NCBI GenBank assembly: GCA_949287925.1
Contig: CASEIR010000009.1
Span: 3,511 to 67,510 of the forward strand
Direction: 5' to 3'
DNA from: an uncultured Lachnospiraceae bacterium
GTDB taxonomy: Bacteria > Bacillota > Clostridia > Lachnospirales > Lachnospiraceae
DNA length: 64,000 bases
In this document: positions 30,392 through 39,139 of the stretch, piece by piece
How positions within the stretch are numbered: the first letter of the stretch is position 1
Layout: every line of letters starts with the position of its first letter
Program-made: the position numbers and the translations under genes
Notes under the pieces: generated by a model
What the model was told of the DNA's origin: nothing
The model's database searches: none
What the model saw: only the letters and a program-made list of their open reading frames with translations

Positions 30392-30529
30392 AGCGCTGCA
30401 GGCAGGAGAATCAGAGAGATATTTGTAAGAATTTTTTATCTTTGTTCCACACATAGAAAAAACTTATAAAGCTATCTAAATAATCAATTATGAAAATGAA
30501 ATTTTCCTATGATAAGATAGTGATGTAAT

Positions 30530-30712
30530 GTATATAGTGATGCGTAAGCGTTGAAAAGGGAATCCGGTGGGAATCCGGAACAGCCCGCTCTACTGTGTGA
30601 TGGACAAGGACTTCAGATCAGCCACCGGCATGCCGGGAAGGCGGAGTCTGCGGATGAGATCGAGTCAGGAGACCTGCTATATATGAAACGATTTTTCGGT
30701 GGGGAAAACATC
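30530..30712 (+). ncRNA. Cobalamin riboswitch
   Basis: AAAGGGAA-TCCGG-TGGGAAT-CCGGA-ACAG-CCCGCTCTA-CTGT, GCCACCG..GGGAAGG and B12 box GAGTCAGGAGACCTGC; closing stem GTATATAG/CTATATAT; P13 TTTTC-GGTGGG-GAAAA. Confidence 0.93.
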
Positions 30713-30744
30713 AGTGATTACACTGGGTTTTCCCTGCTTTTTTT
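30699..30744 (+). terminator. Riboswitch expression-platform terminator overlapping P13
   Basis: GTGGGGAAAAC-A-TCAGTG-ATTA-CACTGG-GTTTTCCCTGC followed by T7. Confidence 0.85.
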
Positions 30745-30847
30745 GCAATATTTACAAGCCAAAGTCCGGGCGTGTCCGAGACTCGGCAATCATTTACAAT
30801 TCCGGAGTGTGCCTTTTGGCACTTCCGATGATCAGGAGGAAAAAATC

Positions 30848-31717
30848 ATGGGAGAGATCAAGGATTTTAACTGCACGTATGATAATTCAGCAGGAATCAG
30901 CAGTGCGGTGACTGAGGGCCTTGGCCTGACATTCCCGGAGGCGTATCTCCACTGGGATACGATGGCAAAGCTGTCCAAAGCATTAAAGGAACATGACGGA
31001 GCAGCATTCTGCGAGCTTCCTTTCTGTCATACTGTGGAAGCAGAGGCGATGGGAGGCATCATCAATTATGGAAACGAAGTGGCAGGACCGCGGGCCAAGG
31101 AATATATCTGCACGTCCCCGGAAGAGATTCTGGAGCTTCCGCCTATAGATCTGTCGACAGGAAGGATCCATGAGGTGTTGTTGGCCTGCCAGGCATTGAA
31201 AGAGCAGGGAGAACATGTTGTGCTGGAAGTATCGGGGCCGTTTACGATATTAAATGTTCTGATCGACGCAAAATATGTATTCAAAGGTATGCGTAAGAAA
31301 CCGGAGTTGATGAAAGATGTGTTCTGGAAATTGGGACAGGAGATTCTGAGGTTCATGAAAGAAGCTAAAAAGTACGGTGTAGAGATGATCAGTTACGCGG
31401 ATTCTTCTGGAGGATTGAATATTCTGGGACCGAAGATGGCGGAGCAGGTGGTGGAAGATTTTACTTATGGGTTTCTGAAACAGGTGGAGGAGCTTGCAGA
31501 CGACGAGACGATCATTCTGTTATGTCCGAAGACCACATTTGCTCTTCTGGGGACCGGATATGCCAAATTCCGGGACCTGGCGCTGCCCCAGGGAACTAGG
31601 TATGGAGAGGCGTGCATTGAAATGAGAGGGAAGGCAAAGTTTGCCGGACAGATGTGTATTAAGAATATAAATTATAGTCTGGAAAACGGCATTTTTAAAG
31701 AGGTTATATTATTATAA
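30848..31717 (+). CDS. UroD/MtaA-fold protein 1 (short, non-canonical)
   Basis: PFCHTVEAEAMG, GPFT, ADSSG; true start ATG 30848 after AGGAGG, since the track's extension runs through the riboswitch. Confidence 0.8.
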   Translation: MGEIKDFNCTYDNSAGISSAVTEGLGLTFPEAYLHWDTMAKLSKALKEHDGAAFCELPFCHTVEAEAMGGIINYGNEVAGPRAKEYICTSPEEILELPPIDLSTGRIHEVLLACQALKEQGEHVVLEVSGPFTILNVLIDAKYVFKGMRKKPELMKDVFWKLGQEILRFMKEAKKYGVEMISYADSSGGLNILGPKMAEQVVEDFTYGFLKQVEELADDETIILLCPKTTFALLGTGYAKFRDLALPQGTRYGEACIEMRGKAKFAGQMCIKNINYSLENGIFKEVILL

Positions 31718-31735
31718 AATTCAGGAGGAAGTCGA

Positions 31736-32386
31736 ATGAGCTCAAAGGAAGAATTATTAAAACGGTTATCGGATGGCGTTCTGGAGATGGAAGAAGACGA
31801 TGTGGCCGAGGCGGCCCAGGAATATCTGGATGCCGGCTATCCTGCGTTTGACGGGATTATGGAAGGATTGGTAGACGGAATGAACCGGGCCAGCGTACTG
31901 TACGAAGAGGAGGAATACTTTGTAACAGACGTCCTGCTTTGTTCGGACGCTATGTATGTGGGACTGGACATTCTGCGCCCCCATCTGCCGGAGGTGTCGC
32001 AGGAGGATAAGATCAAATGCGTGATCGGCGTGGTGGAAGGCGATACCCATGATATCGGGAAGAATCTGGTAAAAATTATGATGGAGACGGCGGGCTTCGA
32101 GATGATCGATCTGGGAAGAGACGTACCGCTTCAGAAATTTGTGGATACGGCGAAAGATGAAGCTGCGGCTCTGGTATGTATGTCTACGCTGATGACCACC
32201 ACCATGGGCGGCATGGAGACGGTGATCCATCTGCTGGAAGATGCCGGAATCCGTGATCATGTGAAAGTTATGATTGGAGGAGGTCCTATTTCCCAGAAGT
32301 ATGCGGATAAGATCGGGGCTGACGGCTATTCCCAGAATGCGGTGGAAGCTGTGAAACTGGCAAAAAGACTTCTGAATATTGCATAG
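31736..32386 (+). CDS. Corrinoid (B12-binding) protein, MtaC/MttC type
   Basis: Cap domain plus GDTHDIGKN (DxHxxG), DLGRDVP, STLMTTT, IGGGP. Confidence 0.93.
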   Translation: MSSKEELLKRLSDGVLEMEEDDVAEAAQEYLDAGYPAFDGIMEGLVDGMNRASVLYEEEEYFVTDVLLCSDAMYVGLDILRPHLPEVSQEDKIKCVIGVVEGDTHDIGKNLVKIMMETAGFEMIDLGRDVPLQKFVDTAKDEAAALVCMSTLMTTTMGGMETVIHLLEDAGIRDHVKVMIGGGPISQKYADKIGADGYSQNAVEAVKLAKRLLNIA

Positions 32387-32401
32387 GAGAATAAGAAATA
32401 T

Positions 32402-33436
32402 ATGCTGACGCCAAAAGAAAGACTGAAATTAACTTTTGAAGGAAAGAAAACGGATCGTCCGCCCTGCATCTGTCCGGGCGGAATGATGAATATGGTAACG
32501 GCGGATCTGATGGATCAGATTCACGTGTATCTGCCGGAGGCTCATACAGACGCCAGAAAGATGGCGGATCTGGCAAAAGCTGTTTATGAGACTGGATGTT
32601 TTGAAAACTGCGGCGTCCCTTTCTGCATGACGGTGGAGGCGGAAGAGATGGGCGCCAAAGTGGATATGGGATCCAATATCTATGAACCTCATGTGATAGA
32701 ATATGTGATCGATACGGTCAGCGATTACCGGAAGCTCTTGCCAGTGGATGTGACAAGAGGGCGGGCCAAGGTGGTGACGGACGCCATCCGGATTCTGAAG
32801 GAGGAAATAAACGGAGTTCCCATTGTGGGCAATCTCACGGGGCCGGTCAGTACGGCCAGCTCTGTTATGGAACCGGTGAATTTTTATAAAGAACTTCGGA
32901 AGAAAAATCAGGAAGCGCATGCGTATATGGAGTTTGTCACAGATCAGCTGATTGCATTCGGGCGGGCGCAGATCGAGGCAGGCGCAGATGTGATCGCTAT
33001 TTCAGACCCCAGCGGGACTGGAGAGATTCTGGGACCGAAATATTTTAAAGAATTTGCAGTTACCTATATCAACAGGCTGCTGGACGGGCTGCAGAAAGAG
33101 AAGCTTGGCACCATCGTCCACATCTGCGGCCAGATGAGCCCGGTATATAAAGAAATAAACGAAGTGAAAAGCGATGCCCTCAGCTTTGATTCCATCGTGC
33201 CCATGAAAGAGGCCAGAAAGCATCTGGAGAACCGGGTGCTGATGGGAAATGTCAGCACCTATGCTCTGGAATTCGGAGATCCGGCCCGGGTGAAGATGCT
33301 GACCAGAAGCTGCATAAAGAATGGCTCCGATATTATTTCTCCGGCCTGTGGACTGGGAATGAAATCACCGATTGAAAATATACAGGCAATTCTGGAGTGC
33401 CTGAATGAGGAGGACGGTCAGAATGGCAGAGATTAG
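32402..33436 (+). CDS. MtaA/CmuA-family methyltransferase (UroD fold) 2
   Basis: PFCMTVEAE.MG, GP.STA, SDPSG, Zn ligands HICG and PACG. Confidence 0.88.
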   Translation: MLTPKERLKLTFEGKKTDRPPCICPGGMMNMVTADLMDQIHVYLPEAHTDARKMADLAKAVYETGCFENCGVPFCMTVEAEEMGAKVDMGSNIYEPHVIEYVIDTVSDYRKLLPVDVTRGRAKVVTDAIRILKEEINGVPIVGNLTGPVSTASSVMEPVNFYKELRKKNQEAHAYMEFVTDQLIAFGRAQIEAGADVIAISDPSGTGEILGPKYFKEFAVTYINRLLDGLQKEKLGTIVHICGQMSPVYKEINEVKSDALSFDSIVPMKEARKHLENRVLMGNVSTYALEFGDPARVKMLTRSCIKNGSDIISPACGLGMKSPIENIQAILECLNEEDGQNGRD

Positions 33437-35021
33437 AATCCGGCAGGGGAATCAGAAGATCAGCTGCCCGGACGGGTCTAATCTTCTGGACGCACTGCTG
33501 GAGGGCGGTGCATTTGTGGACAATCCCTGCAGCGGTAAGGGGATTTGTGGAAAATGCAAAGTGAAGCTTTTATCCGGTAAAGTATCGGCCATGACGGAAA
33601 CCGAGGCCGGACTTCTGAAAGAGGAGGAAATAAAAGCGGGAATCCGGCTCTCCTGTCTGACAGAGATATACGGAGAGGCAGAAATCGAGCTTTTGAAAAA
33701 AGAAGGACGGCACAAGGTGCTGACCCGGGGATATATGCCGGAGTTCCAGATGGATTCCTATGAAAGCGGATATGGAATCGTAATTGATATCGGAACCACT
33801 ACAGTAGTGACGGCGCTGGTGGAGCTGGCCACGGGAAAAGAGCTGGCCAACGCATCCATGATCAATGCTCAGAAGCACTATGGGCTGGATGTACTGACCC
33901 GGATCACCTATGAATACGAGCATCCGGACCGGGGCGTCCGGGAACTGCAGGATGCAATCGTCCATTCCATTAACGGGATGATCGGGGAGGTCTGTGAGGA
34001 AGCAGATGTACCAAGAGGGGAGATTAGAAAAATCCATGTGGCTGCCAACTGTACCATGACGCACATGCTGCTGGGAGTGGACGCCAGATCCATTGGAAGG
34101 TCTCCATATCGTCCGGAATTCATAAAAGCGCAGACGTGTATGGCCCGGGAAATCGGGATTGAAGCAGCGGAAGATACGAAACTTTACTGTCTGCCCCAGG
34201 TATCGGCCTATATCGGGGCGGATATCGTGGCGGGAGCCTATGTCTGCGAGTTGCACAAAGAACAGAAGAATGTATTATTCATCGATATCGGGACCAACGG
34301 GGAGATCGTGCTGGTGAGCAATGGCAGGATTCTCTGCTGTTCCTGCGCGGCCGGTCCTGCGCTGGAGGGGATGAATATCAGCTCCGGTATGCGGGCGGCA
34401 GAAGGGGCGATTGAAGATGTAGAGATCACGGAAAAGGGCGTCCGGCTGAAAGTGATCGGAGACCAGAAACCAGTGGGAATCTGCGGAAGCGGAATACTGG
34501 CGGTGGTAAAAGAACTGCTGCGGACTGGCTTAGTAAAGAAGACAGGCGTATTCGTGAAAAAAGAAAAACTGAAAGATGAGGATTACCGTAAAGCCATGAT
34601 CCGGCTGAACGGAACCAAACGGGAATTCATCCTCCATGAGAATCCGGAGATTCTGGTGACCCAGGGCGATGTGCGGCAGGTTCAGCTGGCGAAAGGCGCG
34701 ATCTTGTCCGGATTTATGGCTCTTCTGAACAAAGCCGGAATTTCCATGGATGACCTGGATAAGGTGATGATCGCCGGACAGTTCGGCGCGCATCTGCCGG
34801 CAGATTCTTTGACTGGCGTGGGGATCCTTCCGGAGGAAGTTAAAGATAAACTGGTTTATGTGGGAAATTCATCCAAGACGGGAGCCTATATGACGCTGAT
34901 GTCAAAGCGTGTGAAAGAAGAAGTAGAAGCGCTGGCGGAAGAGATGGAGTACATGGAGCTGGCGGAAACGGATAACTATGAACGGATATTTACGGAAAGT
35001 ATGATATTTCCGACATTTTAA
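33423..35021 (+). CDS. ASKHA-domain reductive activator of corrinoid proteins (RACE) with N-terminal 2Fe-2S domain
   Basis: CSGKGICGKC..RLSC, DIGTTT, DIGTNGE, AAGPALEG, GICGSG, QLAKGAI. Confidence 0.92.
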   Translation: MAEIRIRQGNQKISCPDGSNLLDALLEGGAFVDNPCSGKGICGKCKVKLLSGKVSAMTETEAGLLKEEEIKAGIRLSCLTEIYGEAEIELLKKEGRHKVLTRGYMPEFQMDSYESGYGIVIDIGTTTVVTALVELATGKELANASMINAQKHYGLDVLTRITYEYEHPDRGVRELQDAIVHSINGMIGEVCEEADVPRGEIRKIHVAANCTMTHMLLGVDARSIGRSPYRPEFIKAQTCMAREIGIEAAEDTKLYCLPQVSAYIGADIVAGAYVCELHKEQKNVLFIDIGTNGEIVLVSNGRILCCSCAAGPALEGMNISSGMRAAEGAIEDVEITEKGVRLKVIGDQKPVGICGSGILAVVKELLRTGLVKKTGVFVKKEKLKDEDYRKAMIRLNGTKREFILHENPEILVTQGDVRQVQLAKGAILSGFMALLNKAGISMDDLDKVMIAGQFGAHLPADSLTGVGILPEEVKDKLVYVGNSSKTGAYMTLMSKRVKEEVEALAEEMEYMELAETDNYERIFTESMIFPTF

Positions 35022-35032
35022 GGAGATTGATT

Positions 35033-36151
35033 ATGGATTATGATGAACTGAAACGGTTGATGAAGGAACAAAAGGATGAGATGACGGCGGCAGAACGAAT
35101 GAAAGCCTATAATGCGGGAGAGGAAGTGGACTATAATCCTTATACACTTCAGGCTCCGGATCCGGCCATGGCGGACATCTTCGGATTTACGACGACACAG
35201 TTTGCGAAAGATTTTGAAGTGAAAAGCGAGGTCATCCGAAGGAGAAAAGAAGAATTCGGATTGGACAGCTTCAATGTGGGGCTGGGGCTAAAGACCATAG
35301 GAGGCGCCCTGGGCTCTAAACTGGCAGCGCCGGAGCACGGTATCGATTATGTGGCGGAACACGTGCTGCAGGATTATGCGGACTTTGATAAGCTGGAGGT
35401 GACGGATCCTTATAAGAATCCGGTGCTGGCGCCCATCCTGGAGAGCGCCAAGCGTCTGAAAGACCGGTTCCCGGATGTCAGTATGACCACCAGTGTGGCG
35501 GGGCCTATATCTACGGCAATAGCGGTGCGGCCGGTGGAAAAGGTATTAAAAGACACCCGGAAGAATCCGGAAATGCTTCACAAACTGCTGGATCTGACGG
35601 TGGAATGTTCCCTGAAATGGTTCGAGGCATTCCACAGGGAATTTGGCCCGGTGGCAACGAATTTCTCCGATCCGGTTACTTGTATGGACGTCATCAGTAA
35701 GAGTCAGTTTGATGAATATTCGCTTCCGTATATTAAGAAACTGATCGATGGAACCGAGAAGATCATGGGATCAAGACCGGGGGCCCATATCTGCGGAAAG
35801 ACCGGCCCCATCTGGGCGGATCTGGCGGACGCAGGGCTGTTCTCATTCAGTATTGACAACTGTGAGGATCTGGCCGTTGCCAAGGCTGCAGTAGGAGACC
35901 GGATGCGAATTGCCGGAAACGTACCTCCGGTGGATGTGATGAGGGAAGGAACCATCGATGAGGTGATCGCTTCCTGTAAGGAGTGTCTGGAGAAATGCGC
36001 AGATAGTCCGGCGGGATTTATCTTGAACACAGGGTGCCAGCTTCCTATCGGAACGCCGAAGGCGAATGTAGAAGCCTTTATTTATGCGGCAAGGAAGTAT
36101 GGAAGAGGGGCAAGACTGGGACAGATGCCAAGAGGGATTACGGAAGGATAA
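35033..36151 (+). CDS. UroD/MtaA-fold protein 3
   Basis: GPISTA, SDP, HICG, GNVPP, NTGCQLP. Confidence 0.87.
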   Translation: MDYDELKRLMKEQKDEMTAAERMKAYNAGEEVDYNPYTLQAPDPAMADIFGFTTTQFAKDFEVKSEVIRRRKEEFGLDSFNVGLGLKTIGGALGSKLAAPEHGIDYVAEHVLQDYADFDKLEVTDPYKNPVLAPILESAKRLKDRFPDVSMTTSVAGPISTAIAVRPVEKVLKDTRKNPEMLHKLLDLTVECSLKWFEAFHREFGPVATNFSDPVTCMDVISKSQFDEYSLPYIKKLIDGTEKIMGSRPGAHICGKTGPIWADLADAGLFSFSIDNCEDLAVAKAAVGDRMRIAGNVPPVDVMREGTIDEVIASCKECLEKCADSPAGFILNTGCQLPIGTPKANVEAFIYAARKYGRGARLGQMPRGITEG

Positions 36152-36164
36152 TAAAAACCAAAAT

Positions 36165-36203
36165 AAAGACACGTCTTTTCCCTTCGGGGGAGACGTGTCT
36201 TTT
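36165..36203. terminator. Bidirectional terminator
   Basis: AAAAGACACGTCT..TTCG..AGACGTGTCTTTT. Confidence 0.75.
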
Positions 36204-36218
36204 GCTGATTACAGTGAT

Positions 36219-36593
36219 TTATTCCACCGCGGCTACGACCTCGATTTCACATAGCGCATGCTTGGGCAACGTTTTAACGGCAACGCATGTTCTGACCGGC
36301 TTGGAGGTAAAATATTTTGCATATACTTGGTTAAATGCGTCAAAGTCATCCATGTCCGCCAGGAAACAGTTTGCTTTGAATACTTTGCTAAAATCGGTTC
36401 CGGCAGCTTCCAGCATGATGCCGATGTTCCGGCAGGCCCGGTCGGTCTGCTCTTCGATGGTGTGGACATGCAGTTCTCCAGTGGATGGTTCTACGCCGAT
36501 TTGTCCGGCAGAGTAGAAGATTCCGTTGTGGATGTAACCTTGGGAATAGGGGCCGTTGGACGGCGCGATTTTATCAGATGTGATGATTTTCAT
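36219..36593 (-). CDS. RidA/YjgF-family enamine/imine deaminase
   Basis: GPYSQG, AGQIG, FNQVYAKYF, PVRTCVAV..LP, EIEVVA. Confidence 0.9.
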   Translation of the reverse strand: MKIITSDKIAPSNGPYSQGYIHNGIFYSAGQIGVEPSTGELHVHTIEEQTDRACRNIGIMLEAAGTDFSKVFKANCFLADMDDFDAFNQVYAKYFTSKPVRTCVAVKTLPKHALCEIEVVAAVE

Positions 36594-36767
36594 AATCATA
36601 AACTCCTTTCCATAATTTCAGTGTATAAATGATGATGTATCTTTGTACAGTTCAACACTAACATGAAAGAAAGAACAGGACAATGCCAATATATGGAAAA
36701 GTTTACAGAGGATTTGTAGTGGAATTATGAGAGAGATTCCAGTATGATAGGAGTAGATTGTTAGTGC

Positions 36768-37472
36768 ATGAAGAAAAGTGAGGAAACCAAGGTGGAGAAT
36801 AGACAAGAGATAAATCTGGACAATCCGTCCCAAAATAAGAAAAATCTAGAGCTGCTCCGGCAATTCAGAGAGTTCAACCGGTTGATGATGCGGTATCGTT
36901 CAGCCATCCGGGAAGTGACCACCAAACTGGAAGTACTGAATGATGAATTGTCTCTGGAAGGAGACCGCAATCCCATTGAAAGTATTCAGAGCAGGATCAA
37001 GAAACCGGAAAGTATTGCGGAAAAACTACAGAAAATGGGAAAGGAGCTGACCATAGAATCCATTGAGGAAAATCTGAACGATGTGGCAGGGATTCGAGTG
37101 ATCTGCCCTTTTATAGAAGACATATACAAAGTGGCGGATATGCTGACCAGGCAGGATGACATCCATATCGTCCGGGTGAAGGACTATATCCGTAATCCCA
37201 AAGAGAACGGCTACAGAAGTTATCATCTGATCGTAGAAGTTCCGGTTTTCTTCTCTGAGTGTAAGAAACCAATGCGGGTAGAGGTTCAGATTCGGACGGT
37301 GGCAATGAATTTCTGGGCGAGTTTGGAACATCAGATGCGTTATAAAAAGCATATTCCGAATCAGGAAGAGATTACCAGAGAATTAAAAGAATGTGCGGAT
37401 ACCATAACCCGGACAGATCAGCGGATGCAGAGCATCAAGAGAACGATTGAACAGTATGACAATAAGAAATAA
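36768..37472 (+). CDS. Small alarmone synthetase (RelP/RelQ-like GTP pyrophosphokinase)
   Basis: RIKKPESI..K, DVAGIRVIC, DYIRNPKENGYRSYH, EVQIRT, WASLEH. Confidence 0.92.
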   Translation: MKKSEETKVENRQEINLDNPSQNKKNLELLRQFREFNRLMMRYRSAIREVTTKLEVLNDELSLEGDRNPIESIQSRIKKPESIAEKLQKMGKELTIESIEENLNDVAGIRVICPFIEDIYKVADMLTRQDDIHIVRVKDYIRNPKENGYRSYHLIVEVPVFFSECKKPMRVEVQIRTVAMNFWASLEHQMRYKKHIPNQEEITRELKECADTITRTDQRMQSIKRTIEQYDNKK

Positions 37473-37483
37473 AGGAATTATTT

Positions 37484-38446
37484 ATGACGATGAAAGCGAA
37501 AAAGCACAGAGACGATCAGCTTACACCGATGGAGCGCAAGCGGGCCATAGAAGCCGGACAGGCTGTGGACCGCTGCCCGGCAGTTCCGTTCATGAGTGAG
37601 TTTAAATGCCGGTTTGCCGGAATATCCGTATGGGAATTCTGGCATGATCCGTTGAAGATGGCGGAGGCAGAGATTCTGCCCTTTAACCGGTACGGCTACG
37701 ACCGGATGGTAATCGGCCCCAATACCATGGAACCGGTGGAAGCCGAACGAAACAGTAGAATTAGACCTTTTGCAGAGGCAGCGCAGCTTTTGATGGAAGC
37801 TGCCGGAGAGATGGTCCCGGTGGAAGCCAGCATTGGAGGGCCTTTTACCATTGCTGCAAATCTAAGAGGAGTGGAGAGGCTTTTGCGGGACTGCAGAAAA
37901 TATCCCCGGGAAGTTCATAGTCTGATACGTATCGTTACGGACAGCCAGAAGAGTTGTATCGATCTGGCGTCACAGTACGGCCTGGGAATCGCTATGGCAG
38001 ATCCGGTGGCCAATCCTGCTTTGATCGGACCGAAGATGTACGAGGAATTCGTATTTCCTTATACAAAGGAACTGACGGATTACGCGGTACAAAAGGCCGG
38101 GCGGAAAGTATCTCTCCACATGTGCGGTAAGACAGAGAGTATCTGGAAATATATTGCCCGGTATGACCTGAATGAGATCAGTCTGGACAACGTGATTGAT
38201 CTGGATCGGGCGGCATTGGAACTGGGGGCTTATGTGCCCATCTCCGGCAATGTGGATCCGGTGGAAATCATCTTAAACGGGACCGAAGAAGACATCCGGC
38301 GGAAGGTGGCGAAATGCATAGCGTCCGGCGAAAAATCGGCAAAAGGATTTACGCTGGCAACGGGATGCGACATACCGGAAACTACAGATCCTGCTCAGAT
38401 TGATACCTTTATGGCGGCAGTCCGTAGATATAGAAAAAACCAATAA
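37484..38446 (+). CDS. UroD/MtaA-fold protein 4, with an apparent in-frame internal deletion
   Basis: GPFTIA, ADP, HMCG, GNVDP, ATGCDIP; lacks the ~35-aa ALG..P..segment present in paralog 3. Confidence 0.8.
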   Translation: MTMKAKKHRDDQLTPMERKRAIEAGQAVDRCPAVPFMSEFKCRFAGISVWEFWHDPLKMAEAEILPFNRYGYDRMVIGPNTMEPVEAERNSRIRPFAEAAQLLMEAAGEMVPVEASIGGPFTIAANLRGVERLLRDCRKYPREVHSLIRIVTDSQKSCIDLASQYGLGIAMADPVANPALIGPKMYEEFVFPYTKELTDYAVQKAGRKVSLHMCGKTESIWKYIARYDLNEISLDNVIDLDRAALELGAYVPISGNVDPVEIILNGTEEDIRRKVAKCIASGEKSAKGFTLATGCDIPETTDPAQIDTFMAAVRRYRKNQ

Positions 38447-38581
38447 AAGAGGTTGTTTATAAAAAATATCCATTTGAAAATAGAATTTGCTGGACGAATA
38501 CTGGGCTGATAAAGAATAAGAACAGAGATAAAAAGCAGGAAAAGCCCGCATGAGTGGGCTTTCTTTTGCATAGAGGTTGAT

Positions 38582-39134
38582 ATGAAGAAAAGAACAGGAA
38601 TAAAAAAGATAGAACCTTATTGTTATATAATGCCCATTACTCGGATTCAGATCCTTTTTGTTGTGGGATCGGTGATTATTTCCATTATTCCTGATTACAA
38701 AAGGACTGGGATGGCTGAATATGTACCGGGCTCTGATTCTTCCGCTTCCTACAGCATTTGGCGTCTTTATTATGAGACAGGCCATCCTGGATGTGCCTTC
38801 GGATCTTATTGATGCGGCGGAAATCGATGGATGCGGGAATTTCAAGACGTTTGTGCGGGTGGTGCTTCCGGTGGTCCGGTCATCGCTGCTGGCGCTGGCT
38901 ATCTTCACCTTTGTAGGTGCATGGAATAATTTTCTGTGGCCGCTGGTTGCCTGCACGAAGCAGGAGATGAAGACGCTGCCGCTGGCGCTCAGTGTGATGA
39001 AGACCCAATACAATACAGATGTCGGACTGACTATGGCCTGTGCGGTAATCAACTTCCTGCCGCCGTTTTTGTTCTACATCTTCATGCAGAGCAAGTTTAA
39101 GGAAGGTATGACCCTGGGCGGAGTGAAAGGATAA
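38582..39134 (+). pseudogene. Deletion remnant of two sugar ABC permease genes
   Basis: A permease-1-like start (MKKRTGIKKIEPYCYIMP...GSVIIS) is joined out of frame near 38680 to the C-terminal half of a MalG-type permease (PLFLITKGLGWLNMYRAL...DAAEIDG...WNNFLWPL...GGVKG). No binding-protein gene. Confidence 0.75.
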
Positions 39135-39139
39135 TTTAT

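Noticed and set aside
30551-30847. 99-aa N-terminal extension of the first UroD ORF in the track
   Set aside because: It runs through the riboswitch and terminator; the RBS supports ATG 30848.
36768-37472. Toxic SAS toxin-antitoxin module
   Set aside because: Looks like a housekeeping RelP/RelQ-type enzyme, with no adjacent antitoxin-like gene or mobile context.
30848-38446. Pyrrolysine or selenocysteine read-through, or heme-pathway hemE function
   Set aside because: No in-frame TAG/TGA splitting a recognisable domain; the Zn-thiol motifs and corrinoid context argue against true uroporphyrinogen decarboxylase.
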